64,000 nucleotides of DNA from an uncultured bacterium (GTDB lineage: Bacteria; Electryoneota; AABM5-125-24; Hatepunaeales; Hatepunaeaceae): NCBI GenBank assembly GCA_964627035.1, contig CAZVKN010000001.1, positions 64,783 through 128,782 on the forward strand, read 5' to 3'. This document shows, piece after piece, positions 23,110 through 33,377 of the stretch. Under the pieces are notes generated by a model. That model made no database searches. It was not told the origin of the DNA and was given only the letters and a program-made list of their open reading frames with translations. Numbering within the stretch: position 1 is the stretch's first letter; each line of letters starts with the position of its first letter. The position numbers and the translations under genes were made by a program.

Positions 23110-24645
23110 TTAATCCTCAGACTTCGTGCGCAGAGCAGGGAAGAGGATGACATCGCGGATGGATGCAGTTCCTGTCAACAGCATTACCAGTCTGTCAACA
23201 CCGACTCCGAGCCCTGCAGTAGGTGGCATACCCAACTCCAATGTCTGAAGGTAATTCTCGTCAATCGGATGAGCCTCATCGTCACCGCTCTCGATCAATC
23301 TCACCTGCTCTTCAAAGCGAGCACGTTGATCTATCGGGTCATTAAGTTCACTGAACGAATTTGCCATCTCAAACCCACCGATGAACAGCTCAAATCTCTC
23401 GACCAAGTGTGGATTGTCACGATGCTTTTTGGCGAGCGGTGATAGCTCTATGGGATAATCGAGTACAAAAGTCGGATCTATGAGCAGAGGCTCAATCCTA
23501 TCCGAGAACAGCTCATCAATTAACTTTCCTACACCCCATTTCGGATCTATTTCAAGCCCTATAGCAACAAGTTCTTTGGCTAACTCGTCCCGATCACGAT
23601 TTACGATGTCAATCCCACAATGATCCTGTGCCAATTCACTCATGGTCACCCGTCCAAATGGTGGAGTGAGATCAATGCTGCTGCCCTCCCATTCCACTTT
23701 AAGGGCATCACTGATGTCACGCGCTAATCGTGGGATGAGCTGCTCCAGCAGATCCATGCAGAACGTGTAATCTTCGTATGCAGCGTAGCACTCTAACATA
23801 GTAAATTCAGGAGAATGGAATCTATCAGTACCCTCGTTACGAAAATCCTTGGCAATCTCAAATACTCGCGGCATTCCACCCGCAATCAATCGTTTCAGAT
23901 AAAGTTCATCGGCAATCCGAAGATAAAACTGCTGATCCAGCGCATTGTAAAATGTCTTGAAAGGACGAGCTGCTGCACCGCCGTACAGTGGCTGAAGAAC
24001 CGGAGTTTCAACCTCAAGAAAATTCATCTCCTCAAAGAACTTACGGATTTCCCAGATTATCTTGCTGCGTGTCTGAAATGTGTAAAATGATTCCCGATTG
24101 ACTATCAGGTCAACAGCGCGATGCCGATATCTCTCTTCTTTGTCTGACCACTTATTCCAAACCTCACCCTCTTTTTCCTTAACAGAAGGTAATGGACGAA
24201 GGTTCTTTGACAGCAGATCCAGCTTCTCCAAATTTAGTGTTTTCTCCTCAGTGCGGGTTATGAACAGAGTTCCAACCGCACCGATGACATCACCGATATC
24301 CAGCAGCTTAAAGAGATTCCAATCCTTTTCAGCAATTTGATTCTTTTTGACATAGAGCTGAAACCTAGCAGTCTCATCCTGAATATGAGCAAACGCAGCC
24401 TTACCCATCACCCGAATTGACATGATGCGTCCGGCAAGTGAGATCTCTGTTTTTTCATCCTGCAATGCCTCAAATTCAACTAAAACTGCTTCGACTGTGT
24501 GAGTGCGGGAATAGTTATATGGATATGGATTGACATCCAATTTGAGGATATCAGTGATCTTCTGTCGTCGTGCCAACATCACCCGGTCAAGCTGCTGATC
24601 AGATTCGAGTTGCTCGATATTTTCTGTATTGTTCTTTTGTTCCAT
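23110..24645 (-). CDS. lysS: Lysine--tRNA ligase (class II)
   Basis: 511 aa; OB-fold anticodon-binding N-terminus and class II core motifs. Confidence 0.95.
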   Translation of the reverse strand: MEQKNNTENIEQLESDQQLDRVMLARRQKITDILKLDVNPYPYNYSRTHTVEAVLVEFEALQDEKTEISLAGRIMSIRVMGKAAFAHIQDETARFQLYVKKNQIAEKDWNLFKLLDIGDVIGAVGTLFITRTEEKTLNLEKLDLLSKNLRPLPSVKEKEGEVWNKWSDKEERYRHRAVDLIVNRESFYTFQTRSKIIWEIRKFFEEMNFLEVETPVLQPLYGGAAARPFKTFYNALDQQFYLRIADELYLKRLIAGGMPRVFEIAKDFRNEGTDRFHSPEFTMLECYAAYEDYTFCMDLLEQLIPRLARDISDALKVEWEGSSIDLTPPFGRVTMSELAQDHCGIDIVNRDRDELAKELVAIGLEIDPKWGVGKLIDELFSDRIEPLLIDPTFVLDYPIELSPLAKKHRDNPHLVERFELFIGGFEMANSFSELNDPIDQRARFEEQVRLIESGDDEAHPIDENYLQTLELGMPPTAGLGVGVDRLVMLLTGTASIRDVILFPALRTKSED

Positions 24646-24666
24646 TTCTGTTTTTCGATAAATCAG

Positions 24667-25488
24667 CTACTCACCAATCCTAAGCGTTCGGTAACGTCTG
24701 CCTTCGGGATAGGAGAGAAGGGTGTCACCATTAGAGATTATTTCAACGCCCTGCGCCTTCCCAAGTTTAACAACAAGAGGAACCGGAAGCTCACGTGAAT
24801 ATCGGTTTCCGGGCCAAAGTGTGCGCTCATAATGTGTGCTGTCAGAGTGCTCAATCTTAACATAACATGTGTCACGCGCTGTTATAGATAGCTTGGTCGT
24901 CGGTATCACTGGCTCCGGAACAGGTTCCGGTTTGATGCTCGCTGTATCAGTCTGCAGCTCGTCCATCTTCTCCTCCATTACTGTCACATCAGCTGCTACT
25001 TCACTCTCATCCGAACCACCTCTCATGGACTGAAAGACGATTATTGCAATTATGGCAACTACAATAATCACACTGTAGATTACTATTGAGCGATTTTTCT
25101 CGGTCCATGCATTTGATCGTATTGAGCCTGTTGTGGACAAAGTGTTGGAGTCTGCAATTCCTTCAGCACCTCCGCTGCGAGCAGCCAAGGCAGGCTTGAA
25201 AAGATTCTCGAGTCTGGTGTTAAATGCGTCGGAAGTAACTCCAACCTCTTCAGCGTAAGCTTTAATAAATAGCTTCACATAAGCAGGAGGGAGAAAAGAC
25301 CACTGACCTTCTTCAATTCTTTTTAGAAACTTTCTATTTATCTTCGTGACAGCACTAATCTGGTCCAGTGTCATCTCCAAAGATTCACGTGCAGATTTGA
25401 ACTCCTTGCTGATCTGTCTGCGAACCTCCGGAGTTCCAACCTCGACATAAGAGCCAAATCGGGACGATTCATTGATATCGTAATTCAT
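24667..25488 (-). CDS. RodZ-like helix-turn-helix membrane protein
   Basis: 273 aa; N-terminal XRE-type HTH, one TM, Pro/Glu-rich linker, C-terminal domain. Confidence 0.5.
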   Translation of the reverse strand: MNYDINESSRFGSYVEVGTPEVRRQISKEFKSARESLEMTLDQISAVTKINRKFLKRIEEGQWSFLPPAYVKLFIKAYAEEVGVTSDAFNTRLENLFKPALAARSGGAEGIADSNTLSTTGSIRSNAWTEKNRSIVIYSVIIVVAIIAIIVFQSMRGGSDESEVAADVTVMEEKMDELQTDTASIKPEPVPEPVIPTTKLSITARDTCYVKIEHSDSTHYERTLWPGNRYSRELPVPLVVKLGKAQGVEIISNGDTLLSYPEGRRYRTLRIGE

Positions 25489-25549
25489 CTAAGCACTCAA
25501 TTTACTTAATGTACTGCAGTAACAGACAGAATTTAACATAAGATATAGC

Positions 25550-26938
25550 TTAAACATGAGTCGCTTTTAAGAAATCCTCCATCTCCGGCAATCCACCCTG
25601 CATGATCAGGTATCCGTCCACAGTTTCTCGAGGCGTAATTTCATGCGCATACGGTGTCAGCATCATCTCATTGACCTTATCTCTATCGTGTGTATGTCCG
25701 AGAACCCAACCGAGCTTAATGTAGGCTACTTCAGGCAGAATATTCGCTGCAGGAACAATTCCCAACTGCATCATATCACGACCGGTGTCATACACGTACA
25801 TTTGAACGTAACCCCACAGGGTCTGCACGGTCATAAATATATGAATACCCTCATCAACAGCACGTTTCAGTGCGGGATACAACGGCTTGTTTACATGTCC
25901 CAATCCTGTACCGGCTATCACTATGCCCTTATACCCGTTATCAATGAGCGATTCAATGATGTCCGGTTTCATGTTTGGATAGTAATAGACAATCGCAACA
26001 CGTTCGTCAAAAACCGCATCCAGCTCGACCTTGTTCTGTGATTTAATCCGTGTGAAATCCTTACTGATATAAGAAATCTCGCCATGCGACACCCGCGCCA
26101 ATGGTGAAGCTCCGATTGTGCGGAAGGTTGAGCGGTAGCTTGAGTGCATCTTACGAACCCTCGTGCCGCGATGGAGCAGGGCATAGGCATCCGAGGTAGG
26201 TCCTGACATACATACCATAACCTCGGCGATGTCACAGTTGGCAGCCGACCAGGTTGCATTGATGAGATTCAAAGCTGCATCCGATGAAGGTCGGTCTGAA
26301 GACCTTTGCGAACCTACCATAATGATCGGCACCGGAGTTTTCCTGACCATAAATGATAGAGCTGCCGCAGTATAATGCATCGTATCTGTTCCGTGACCGA
26401 TGACGATTCCGTCAACACCTTTCTCAACTTCAATCTCAATCGCTTTCGATATATTAATCCAATGCTCAGGTGTGATGTTCTCGCTGAATACCCCGGACAG
26501 CTTGATGGTTTTGAGATTACAGACGTCAGCCAATTCCGGAACAGCACCGTACAACTCGCCCGGGGTGAATGCTGGGATGACCGCTCCAGTGCGATAGTCC
26601 AAACGACTGGCGATTGTTCCACCGGTTCCGAGCAGGGTTACATGAGGTTTCTTTTCATCAAACGGGAATTCCTTCTCGGGTATCTTATAGTGAGCTTCTC
26701 TGAACCCGTTGACCGTCATTGATTTGATGTTCTCAGTTTTCAGTCCGATATTGTATCCGTTCTCCAGCTTGAGCACTACATGTCTGTCGTCAGCAGTCTC
26801 GCTTCTCGGAAGGATAATACCGCTGAATTCAGAATCATCTTTCATCACAACCTCGACGTTGCTCCACACTCTGACATCGAATTTTTCCAGAGCAGTTAAG
26901 GCATAACCTCTGTATCCTTTCAGAAGGCTTTCGCTCAT
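25550..26938 (-). CDS. GatD-like protein of the L-asparaginase family (archaeal-type Glu-tRNA(Gln) amidotransferase subunit D architecture)
   Basis: 462 aa; about 95-aa N-terminal domain (KGYRGYAL...DDRHVVLKLENGYNIGL) followed by asparaginase motifs TGGTIAS, HGTDTM and GSQRSSDRPSSDAALNL. No gatE-like gene adjacent. Confidence 0.6.
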   Translation of the reverse strand: MSESLLKGYRGYALTALEKFDVRVWSNVEVVMKDDSEFSGIILPRSETADDRHVVLKLENGYNIGLKTENIKSMTVNGFREAHYKIPEKEFPFDEKKPHVTLLGTGGTIASRLDYRTGAVIPAFTPGELYGAVPELADVCNLKTIKLSGVFSENITPEHWINISKAIEIEVEKGVDGIVIGHGTDTMHYTAAALSFMVRKTPVPIIMVGSQRSSDRPSSDAALNLINATWSAANCDIAEVMVCMSGPTSDAYALLHRGTRVRKMHSSYRSTFRTIGASPLARVSHGEISYISKDFTRIKSQNKVELDAVFDERVAIVYYYPNMKPDIIESLIDNGYKGIVIAGTGLGHVNKPLYPALKRAVDEGIHIFMTVQTLWGYVQMYVYDTGRDMMQLGIVPAANILPEVAYIKLGWVLGHTHDRDKVNEMMLTPYAHEITPRETVDGYLIMQGGLPEMEDFLKATHV

Positions 26939-27144
26939 TTCTATATCTGTTTCCTGTTAATTAGTCTATATTTCTGTTCAGGTTGAAATTAGTTTTCGGG
27001 TAAACTTTAGTATATGCAAATTTGATGCTGAATGCAAGTTGACAGCAAGTTTATAGCAGCTATCGTTAGCTAATCACTCAGACAAAGTCCTAACCCAATT
27101 ATCTGAAGAGCCTTAAGTAATTAACAGATATTTCATGCAGTCAG

Positions 27145-28020
27145 TTGCATTTATCGGCGAAAATGTTTAAGATTAAACGGCGTGAATCCGGACAGAATCT
27201 AATTGCAAACTTTTCAGTTATTCAAATGACATTTCAATCAAAACTTTTGGAAGCGACTGGCGGGAAACTTGGTGTCTGTGTCGGGTTGGATCCGGTCGTG
27301 GAGAAAATGCCCAAAAAATTTCACAACTCAAAGGAACCACTTTACGAGTTCAACCTTGATATTATCGAGGCGACTCACGATATTGCTGCCGCATACAAGC
27401 CAAATCTAGCCTTTTACGAAGCTCACGGAGCATCCGGCTGGAACCAATTGCTGAAAACTATTGAGGCTATTCCTGATGAAAATGTTGTGATCGGAGATGC
27501 AAAGAGGGGAGACATAGGATCAACCGCCGTTGCCTATGCCAAAGCTCTGTTCAATAATCTCGGCTGTGACGCAGCAACTGTCAGCCCTTATCTTGGTAGT
27601 GATTCTTTGGAACCTTTTGTCGTGGATGAGAATCATGGCATCTTCGCACTTGCAGTGACAACAAATCCTTCAGGAGCTGAGCTTCAGCAGTTAATCTGTA
27701 ATGGCATACCGTTATTTCGGCACGTCATCAGGATGGTGAAAAAGATAAATATAAATCGCAATATCGGGCTTGTAGTCGGTGCTACCAAGCCTGAACTGTT
27801 CTCGACAGTTCTAAAAGAAGCAGAAGATTTGCCGCTTCTAATACCGGGTGTTGGTTCACAAGGTGGGGATATTGAAAGGCTGCTGAATAATCTAAGTGGG
27901 TACTCCGCACCGGTATTCGTAAACTCATCCCGTGGTATTATTTACGCTTCAGATGGTGAGGATTACAAAAAAGCAGCACACAATGCCGCAGAAGAGTTGC
28001 GAGATCAATTACACAGATAG
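27145..28020 (+). CDS. pyrF: Orotidine 5'-phosphate decarboxylase (type 2)
   Basis: VCVGLDP substrate-binding start, DAKRGDIGST catalytic Lys/Asp motif. The true start may be the internal ATG at 27229. Confidence 0.85.
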   Translation: MHLSAKMFKIKRRESGQNLIANFSVIQMTFQSKLLEATGGKLGVCVGLDPVVEKMPKKFHNSKEPLYEFNLDIIEATHDIAAAYKPNLAFYEAHGASGWNQLLKTIEAIPDENVVIGDAKRGDIGSTAVAYAKALFNNLGCDAATVSPYLGSDSLEPFVVDENHGIFALAVTTNPSGAELQQLICNGIPLFRHVIRMVKKININRNIGLVVGATKPELFSTVLKEAEDLPLLIPGVGSQGGDIERLLNNLSGYSAPVFVNSSRGIIYASDGEDYKKAAHNAAEELRDQLHR

Positions 28021-28059
28021 TTTTTAATACACAGTATCGGATAAAAGCTGAGAAAACGC

Positions 28060-28848
28060 ATGGAACGATCAGACAGTAACAGAATTCATTCAACTGCAAT
28101 TGTTGACGCTGATGCAGAATTAGGCAAGAATGTTGAAGTAGGTGCATATAGCATCATTGAAGGCAACGCCAAAATCGGTGATGACTGCCGGATTGCATCG
28201 AGTGTTTTAATAGCACAGTATGCCTGTCTCGGTGACAGAGTTGAGGTGCATAAGAGCGCTGTGGTCGGATCAATTCCGCAGGATTTGAAGTTCGGCGGTG
28301 AAAAAAGTGATCTGATTGTCGGCAATGACTGTGTAATACGTGAGTTTTGCACGTTGAATCGTGGCACCGGGGAAGGTGGTGGTATTACCTCAGTAGGCAG
28401 CGGATGCCTGCTAATGGCATATTCTCATGTGGCTCACGACTGCTATCTCGGAGATAACATCATCATGGCAAACAGTGTAAATATGGCCGGTCATGTGACA
28501 ATTGAAGACAATGTGATTATCGGCGGCCTCTCTGTGATGCACCAATTCTGTCTGATCGGCCAACACGCATTTATCGGTGGTTTAGCACGTGTATCCAGGG
28601 ATGTTCCACCTTATATCATCACAGTTGGAGATTCATACAATGGAGTTAACAGTATCGGATTAAAACGACGCGGTTTTACATCCTCGCAAGTCCGCAGCAT
28701 AAAAAATGCCTATAGCTTTATTTACAGAAAGAAATTGAATCTCACACAAGCAGTGAGAGCAATTCACGATGAGATGGAGATAACGGAAGAGGTCGGCATT
28801 ATCTTAGACTTCATCGAGAGGTCAGATCGTGGTTTGGTAGGTATTTGA
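28060..28848 (+). CDS. lpxA: Acyl-ACP--UDP-N-acetylglucosamine O-acyltransferase
   Basis: 262 aa; hexapeptide LbH repeats, HVAHDC catalytic His region, C-terminal helical domain. Confidence 0.9.
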   Translation: MERSDSNRIHSTAIVDADAELGKNVEVGAYSIIEGNAKIGDDCRIASSVLIAQYACLGDRVEVHKSAVVGSIPQDLKFGGEKSDLIVGNDCVIREFCTLNRGTGEGGGITSVGSGCLLMAYSHVAHDCYLGDNIIMANSVNMAGHVTIEDNVIIGGLSVMHQFCLIGQHAFIGGLARVSRDVPPYIITVGDSYNGVNSIGLKRRGFTSSQVRSIKNAYSFIYRKKLNLTQAVRAIHDEMEITEEVGIILDFIERSDRGLVGI

Positions 28849-29660
28849 TTGGACTTGGCAAGGTGAGGTTAATCGTAGATCCACCTCAATCCGGCTGGAT
28901 CAATATGGCAACTGACCATGTGCTGGCTGATGTGATTCCTGATTCAACAAAGGCAGTCATCAGGATATTTGAATGGAATCCGATTGCTGTTTCGCTTGGA
29001 TTTCATCAGAATAAAGAAGATGTCAATTCTTCTACAGTAAAAAAACGGGGATGGGATCTGGTTCGCCGTCCTACCGGGGGAAGGACACTGTTGCATTCCG
29101 GAGACGTCTGTTATTCGATTGTTATCCCGAGACTGGACGATCACTACGGGCAGTTACGTGAACTGTACAGCAGCGTTGCAGCGATGCTGATTAAACTGTT
29201 TGAATCCTTCGGGTTGATCGCTACTACACGGAATGAGACTGCATTAAATCGTGACAGAAAAACTGAAAAGAACCGTCTCTGCATAGATACATACGTCAGA
29301 GGTGAGGTGCAGATAGACAATAGAAAGATTGCCGGAGCGTCACAACGTCTGTTCAAACACTCCATTCTGCAGCAAGGATCCATAATGGTAGATGGTGATC
29401 CGGGGCAAATCACTCAGATATTGAACTTAGGTGAGTCAAAACGATCTGAGCTAACTGATCGTCTGCGAATGAAAGCCTGTCCGCTGAATCGGCATCTGAA
29501 GAAGAGCGTTACGAACACACAATTCATTAACAGATTGTCACAAGCATTTATTGAAAAATTCAGAATCAAATATGAAGATGATCCCTTGTCAGAGGACGAG
29601 ATGAAGATGATTCAGAAAGTGAGAACAATGTTTGACTTAAATCACCTGTTACAAAGTTAG
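28845..29660 (+). CDS. Lipoate--protein ligase / octanoyltransferase family protein (BPL/LPL catalytic domain)
   Basis: 271 aa; KIAGASQR lysine motif and CYSIVI region typical of LplA/LipB-type enzymes. Confidence 0.6.
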   Translation: MIGLGKVRLIVDPPQSGWINMATDHVLADVIPDSTKAVIRIFEWNPIAVSLGFHQNKEDVNSSTVKKRGWDLVRRPTGGRTLLHSGDVCYSIVIPRLDDHYGQLRELYSSVAAMLIKLFESFGLIATTRNETALNRDRKTEKNRLCIDTYVRGEVQIDNRKIAGASQRLFKHSILQQGSIMVDGDPGQITQILNLGESKRSELTDRLRMKACPLNRHLKKSVTNTQFINRLSQAFIEKFRIKYEDDPLSEDEMKMIQKVRTMFDLNHLLQS

Positions 29661-29667
29661 GAATTTA

Positions 29668-30822
29668 TTGAAAGATAAGAGAAAAGTCGCACTTTTCGGT
29701 GCGACCGGTTCAATCGGACTGCAGACGATTGATGTCATTGACAGAATCGACGGATATGAGCTCTCTGTCCTGTCTGCCGGTTCCAATTGGCAGCCTCTAT
29801 CAGAACTCGCCTTGCATTGCAAACCGGAAATAGTAACCTTAGCCGATGAGTCGGGCTACAAAGATCTGAAGAGTGCTCTTTCAGGCACTGGAATAGAAGT
29901 TGTGGCTGGGCAAGACGCAGCTTCTGAAGCTGCAGAATCGGCTGATTATGACATCTGCCTCAACGGCTTGGTCGGGATTGCCGGTTTAATGCCGAGCTAC
30001 CACGCACTCAAGCGTGGCAAAAGACTAGCACTTGCTAATAAAGAATCGCTGGTCTTAGCTGGTGACATCCTTAACAAGTTAGCAACTGAGTTCGGTGGTG
30101 AGATTGTTCCGGTAGATTCCGAGCATTGTGCAATTCATCAGTGCCTTAAAGGTGAAACTTTGTCTGAAGTCAAACGTCTAATTCTGACGGCTTCAGGTGG
30201 TCCGTTTCGAGAATGGTCATTGGAAAAGATTAAAAACGCAACAAGAGCCGAAGCCCTGAATCACCCGACGTGGAAGATGGGACCGAAGATAACCATTGAC
30301 TCTGCTTCTCTAATGAATAAGGGACTTGAGGTTATTGAAGCGTATTATCTGTTTGGCTTGTCCGCTAAAAACATTGATGTCTGTATCCATCCGCAATCAA
30401 TCGTTCATTCGTTCGTAGAGTATGTTGATGGAAATATAAAAGCTCAGCTTGGAAAACCGGATATGAGGTTGCCGATTCAGTATGCGCTCACTTATCCACA
30501 GAGAGTTCCCACAACTCTGCATGATGATGAGCCTTCAAGCTGGTCATCACTAAGTTTTGAGCAGGTTGACGAAGAAAAATTCCCCTGTCTCGGATTGGCT
30601 TTCAATGCTTTAGAAAAAGGAGGAACAGCAACTGCCGTTCTGAACGGAGCAGACGAAGCGGCAGTCGCCCGATTTCTTGACGAGGAAATATCGTTTGGTG
30701 ATATTTCGGTTTTAATTGAGAATGCTTTGAATAACCTTGATGTGACAACACCGGGAACGATACAGAATGTCATTGATGCGGATCGGTGGGGACGCGAGTA
30801 CGTTAAGGCAATTGCAATCTGA
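29668..30822 (+). CDS. dxr: 1-deoxy-D-xylulose 5-phosphate reductoisomerase
   Basis: 384 aa; NADPH-binding FGATGSIG start; conserved Dxr core. Confidence 0.95.
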   Translation: MKDKRKVALFGATGSIGLQTIDVIDRIDGYELSVLSAGSNWQPLSELALHCKPEIVTLADESGYKDLKSALSGTGIEVVAGQDAASEAAESADYDICLNGLVGIAGLMPSYHALKRGKRLALANKESLVLAGDILNKLATEFGGEIVPVDSEHCAIHQCLKGETLSEVKRLILTASGGPFREWSLEKIKNATRAEALNHPTWKMGPKITIDSASLMNKGLEVIEAYYLFGLSAKNIDVCIHPQSIVHSFVEYVDGNIKAQLGKPDMRLPIQYALTYPQRVPTTLHDDEPSSWSSLSFEQVDEEKFPCLGLAFNALEKGGTATAVLNGADEAAVARFLDEEISFGDISVLIENALNNLDVTTPGTIQNVIDADRWGREYVKAIAI

Positions 30823-30888
30823 TGACAGGAACATTTTTTACTAAGTTTGGTATTAAACTTAATTTGTAATTTATTTGGATAACATAGA

Positions 30889-31971
30889 ATGATCGAAACT
30901 CTTTCAACAATTCTCTCATTTATAGTAGTAATTGGAATTATTGTCTTTGTGCATGAATTAGGGCATTTTCTCGCTGCCAAGCTGTCCGGTGTTCGTGTTG
31001 ATGTGTTTTCACTCGGTTTTCCCCCCCAAATGATCAGCAAAAAAGTTGGGGAAACAGAATATCAACTGGCATGGGTACCTTTGGGTGGTTATGTTAAGAT
31101 TTATGGAATGCTGGATGAATCGCTTGAAGAAGATGTTGATCCGCACGATCCACGAGGATTCCAGTCGAAACCGTTCATTAGCAAAATTTTTATTATCTCT
31201 GCAGGTGTGATAATGAATGTGGTCCTTGCATTCTTTATCTTCACTCTGCTGACATTGACGAATGGAATCAGCCGTTTGACAGGTACGACATTAACCTATG
31301 TGGACGAAGGTTCTCCTGCTGCCGAGGTTGGGATCGTAGAAGGCGACAGGATAATCAAAATCAACGGCATTGACATTAATAAGTGGGAAGATTTAACGAA
31401 CAGTGTCAGACAGAGTCCCGGAGAGCCTATTCCGATTGCATGGGAGCATGGTGATACACTTCTGAATTCAATTATCACGCCGAACGCAGTTCCGGATTTT
31501 AATCTTGATGAAGCCAGAACAGATACGGTTGGCAAGATAGGTGTGCTTGGGAGTTATGTCACCGAAGCCGTTGGACCCATCCGGGCAATGGGTAACGGAG
31601 TGGTACAGGTGCTATGGATTATTAAGCTTAATGTCGTCTCAGTTAAGGCTTTGGTCACCGGTGGTGCCCACATCAAAGAACTGACCGGACCACTGGGGAT
31701 TGCAAAACTATCAGGAGACAGTGCCAGATCCGGTGTTGCAAATTTTCTCTCCTTCATCGCAATGATCAGCGTTTCAATCGGATTCTTAAACATCTTGCCG
31801 ATTCCTATGCTGGATGGGGGGCATCTCGTCTTTATAGTCATCGAGACGATCATCCGACGACCGATTCCTGACAACATCAAGATCAATCTGATTCGTGCCG
31901 GGATGGCTGCTCTATTGCTGTTGATTGTAGTAGTGTCCTACAATGATATATTGCGGTTTTGGTTCAAATGA
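30889..31971 (+). CDS. rseP: RIP metalloprotease RseP (site-2 protease)
   Basis: 360 aa; HELGH zinc motif in TM1, PDZ domain, LDGG motif. Confidence 0.9.
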   Translation: MIETLSTILSFIVVIGIIVFVHELGHFLAAKLSGVRVDVFSLGFPPQMISKKVGETEYQLAWVPLGGYVKIYGMLDESLEEDVDPHDPRGFQSKPFISKIFIISAGVIMNVVLAFFIFTLLTLTNGISRLTGTTLTYVDEGSPAAEVGIVEGDRIIKINGIDINKWEDLTNSVRQSPGEPIPIAWEHGDTLLNSIITPNAVPDFNLDEARTDTVGKIGVLGSYVTEAVGPIRAMGNGVVQVLWIIKLNVVSVKALVTGGAHIKELTGPLGIAKLSGDSARSGVANFLSFIAMISVSIGFLNILPIPMLDGGHLVFIVIETIIRRPIPDNIKINLIRAGMAALLLLIVVVSYNDILRFWFK

Positions 31972-33377
31972 CAGCGGGTAACTCAGTGTTGAAAAAGCAT
32001 GTTCAAACAGTCGGATTAATCTTCATTGTAATTGGTATAATTGGGTGTGCGGGAACATCCAATCAGACCAACATATCTATTGTGTCGGATAACTCTGCGT
32101 CGGATTCACTCGCCAAATCTAAAGCGATGGATCATTTTCTTTCTGGAACGTTAGCTGAGGAAACCGATGAATTATACGAAGCTGAGACCGAATATCAGAT
32201 TGCACTGCTGCATGATCCTGACTCACCGGAAATTGCTCTTGCCCTGGCTAAAGTGTACCTTAAACTAAAAGAAACTGAGGCTGCCTCAATCACACTTGAA
32301 AGGGCTCTTTACAGCAATCCTGAAGATAAAGAGCTTCTGCAAACGATGTCTATGCTGTTTTACCGTACGAAACAACCGGACAAAGCCTACCGGATAATGC
32401 TCAGGCTTTCTAATGTTGGAGAGCTTTCAAAGCGCGAGCATCTGAGGATGTCAAGGTTGGCTCACCAGCTTGAATATGTTGATGATGCACTTAAGCACTA
32501 TGAGGATCACATTGATCTGTTCGGTCCAGAGAAGGATGTTTTTAACCGCATGGGGCAGATCTACCTTAGAAAACGTGAGATCAAGCATGCCATTGCAGCA
32601 TTTGAAAGTTCAATCGAAACCGACCCAAATCAGAGTGAGATATACTTTGTATTAGGTCGAGTTGCCGTGAGTCAGGATAGATTTGATGAAGCAGAGAACC
32701 TGTTTCATAGTGCGATATTGATTGATCCGACGACATCGAGGTTGTGGGTCAACTTACTGTTAACGCTTTATGAACAGGGAAAATATAAGGAGCTGGTTAC
32801 GGAATCGAGCAAAGCTATCGAAAGATTTCCTGAGTCACCCCGATTCTTTGAGATGCAAGGTACAGCTTATGAGCAACTCAAACGGTACGCTGAAGCGCTG
32901 AATTCTCTCGACATGGCAATCACGCTCGACAGCACACGAGCGACAATATTCCTCACCAAAGGGTTCATCCATCATAAACTTGAACAGTGGGGTCCCGGTG
33001 CTGAGGCTTACGACAAAGCGCTAGCAATTAAGCCTGACTCTCCTCTGGTGTTGAACAATTATGCATACATGCTGTCTGTGCAGGATCACCGTTTGGATGA
33101 TGCACTTAATATGATAGATTTGGCTCTAAAGAGTGAACCGGATAATTCATCTTTTCTCGACACCAAAGGATGGATTCTTCACAAATTGAATCGGAATGAA
33201 GAGGCTTTGGAATATCTTAAATCAGCTATGAAAGTAGATGATGGAACTGCTGAACAGTACTACCACTTAGGACATGTATATAAATCTTTACATGAACCGG
33301 ATAAATCAAAGAAAGCATGGAAACAAGCGGCTAAACTGGAACCGGATAATGAGGAGTATTCCCGTCTTGCCCGTTAG
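31959..33377 (+). CDS. Tetratricopeptide repeat lipoprotein
   Basis: 472 aa; lipobox (IIGCAG); multiple TPR-like 34-aa repeats. Confidence 0.6.
   Translation: MVQMTAGNSVLKKHVQTVGLIFIVIGIIGCAGTSNQTNISIVSDNSASDSLAKSKAMDHFLSGTLAEETDELYEAETEYQIALLHDPDSPEIALALAKVYLKLKETEAASITLERALYSNPEDKELLQTMSMLFYRTKQPDKAYRIMLRLSNVGELSKREHLRMSRLAHQLEYVDDALKHYEDHIDLFGPEKDVFNRMGQIYLRKREIKHAIAAFESSIETDPNQSEIYFVLGRVAVSQDRFDEAENLFHSAILIDPTTSRLWVNLLLTLYEQGKYKELVTESSKAIERFPESPRFFEMQGTAYEQLKRYAEALNSLDMAITLDSTRATIFLTKGFIHHKLEQWGPGAEAYDKALAIKPDSPLVLNNYAYMLSVQDHRLDDALNMIDLALKSEPDNSSFLDTKGWILHKLNRNEEALEYLKSAMKVDDGTAEQYYHLGHVYKSLHEPDKSKKAWKQAAKLEPDNEEYSRLAR

Noticed and set aside
30492-31040. 182-aa minus-strand ORF overlapping the dxr 3' end and rseP 5' end
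   Set aside because: It lies entirely antisense to two well-supported genes (dxr, rseP), and its composition is biased as expected for a shadow ORF.
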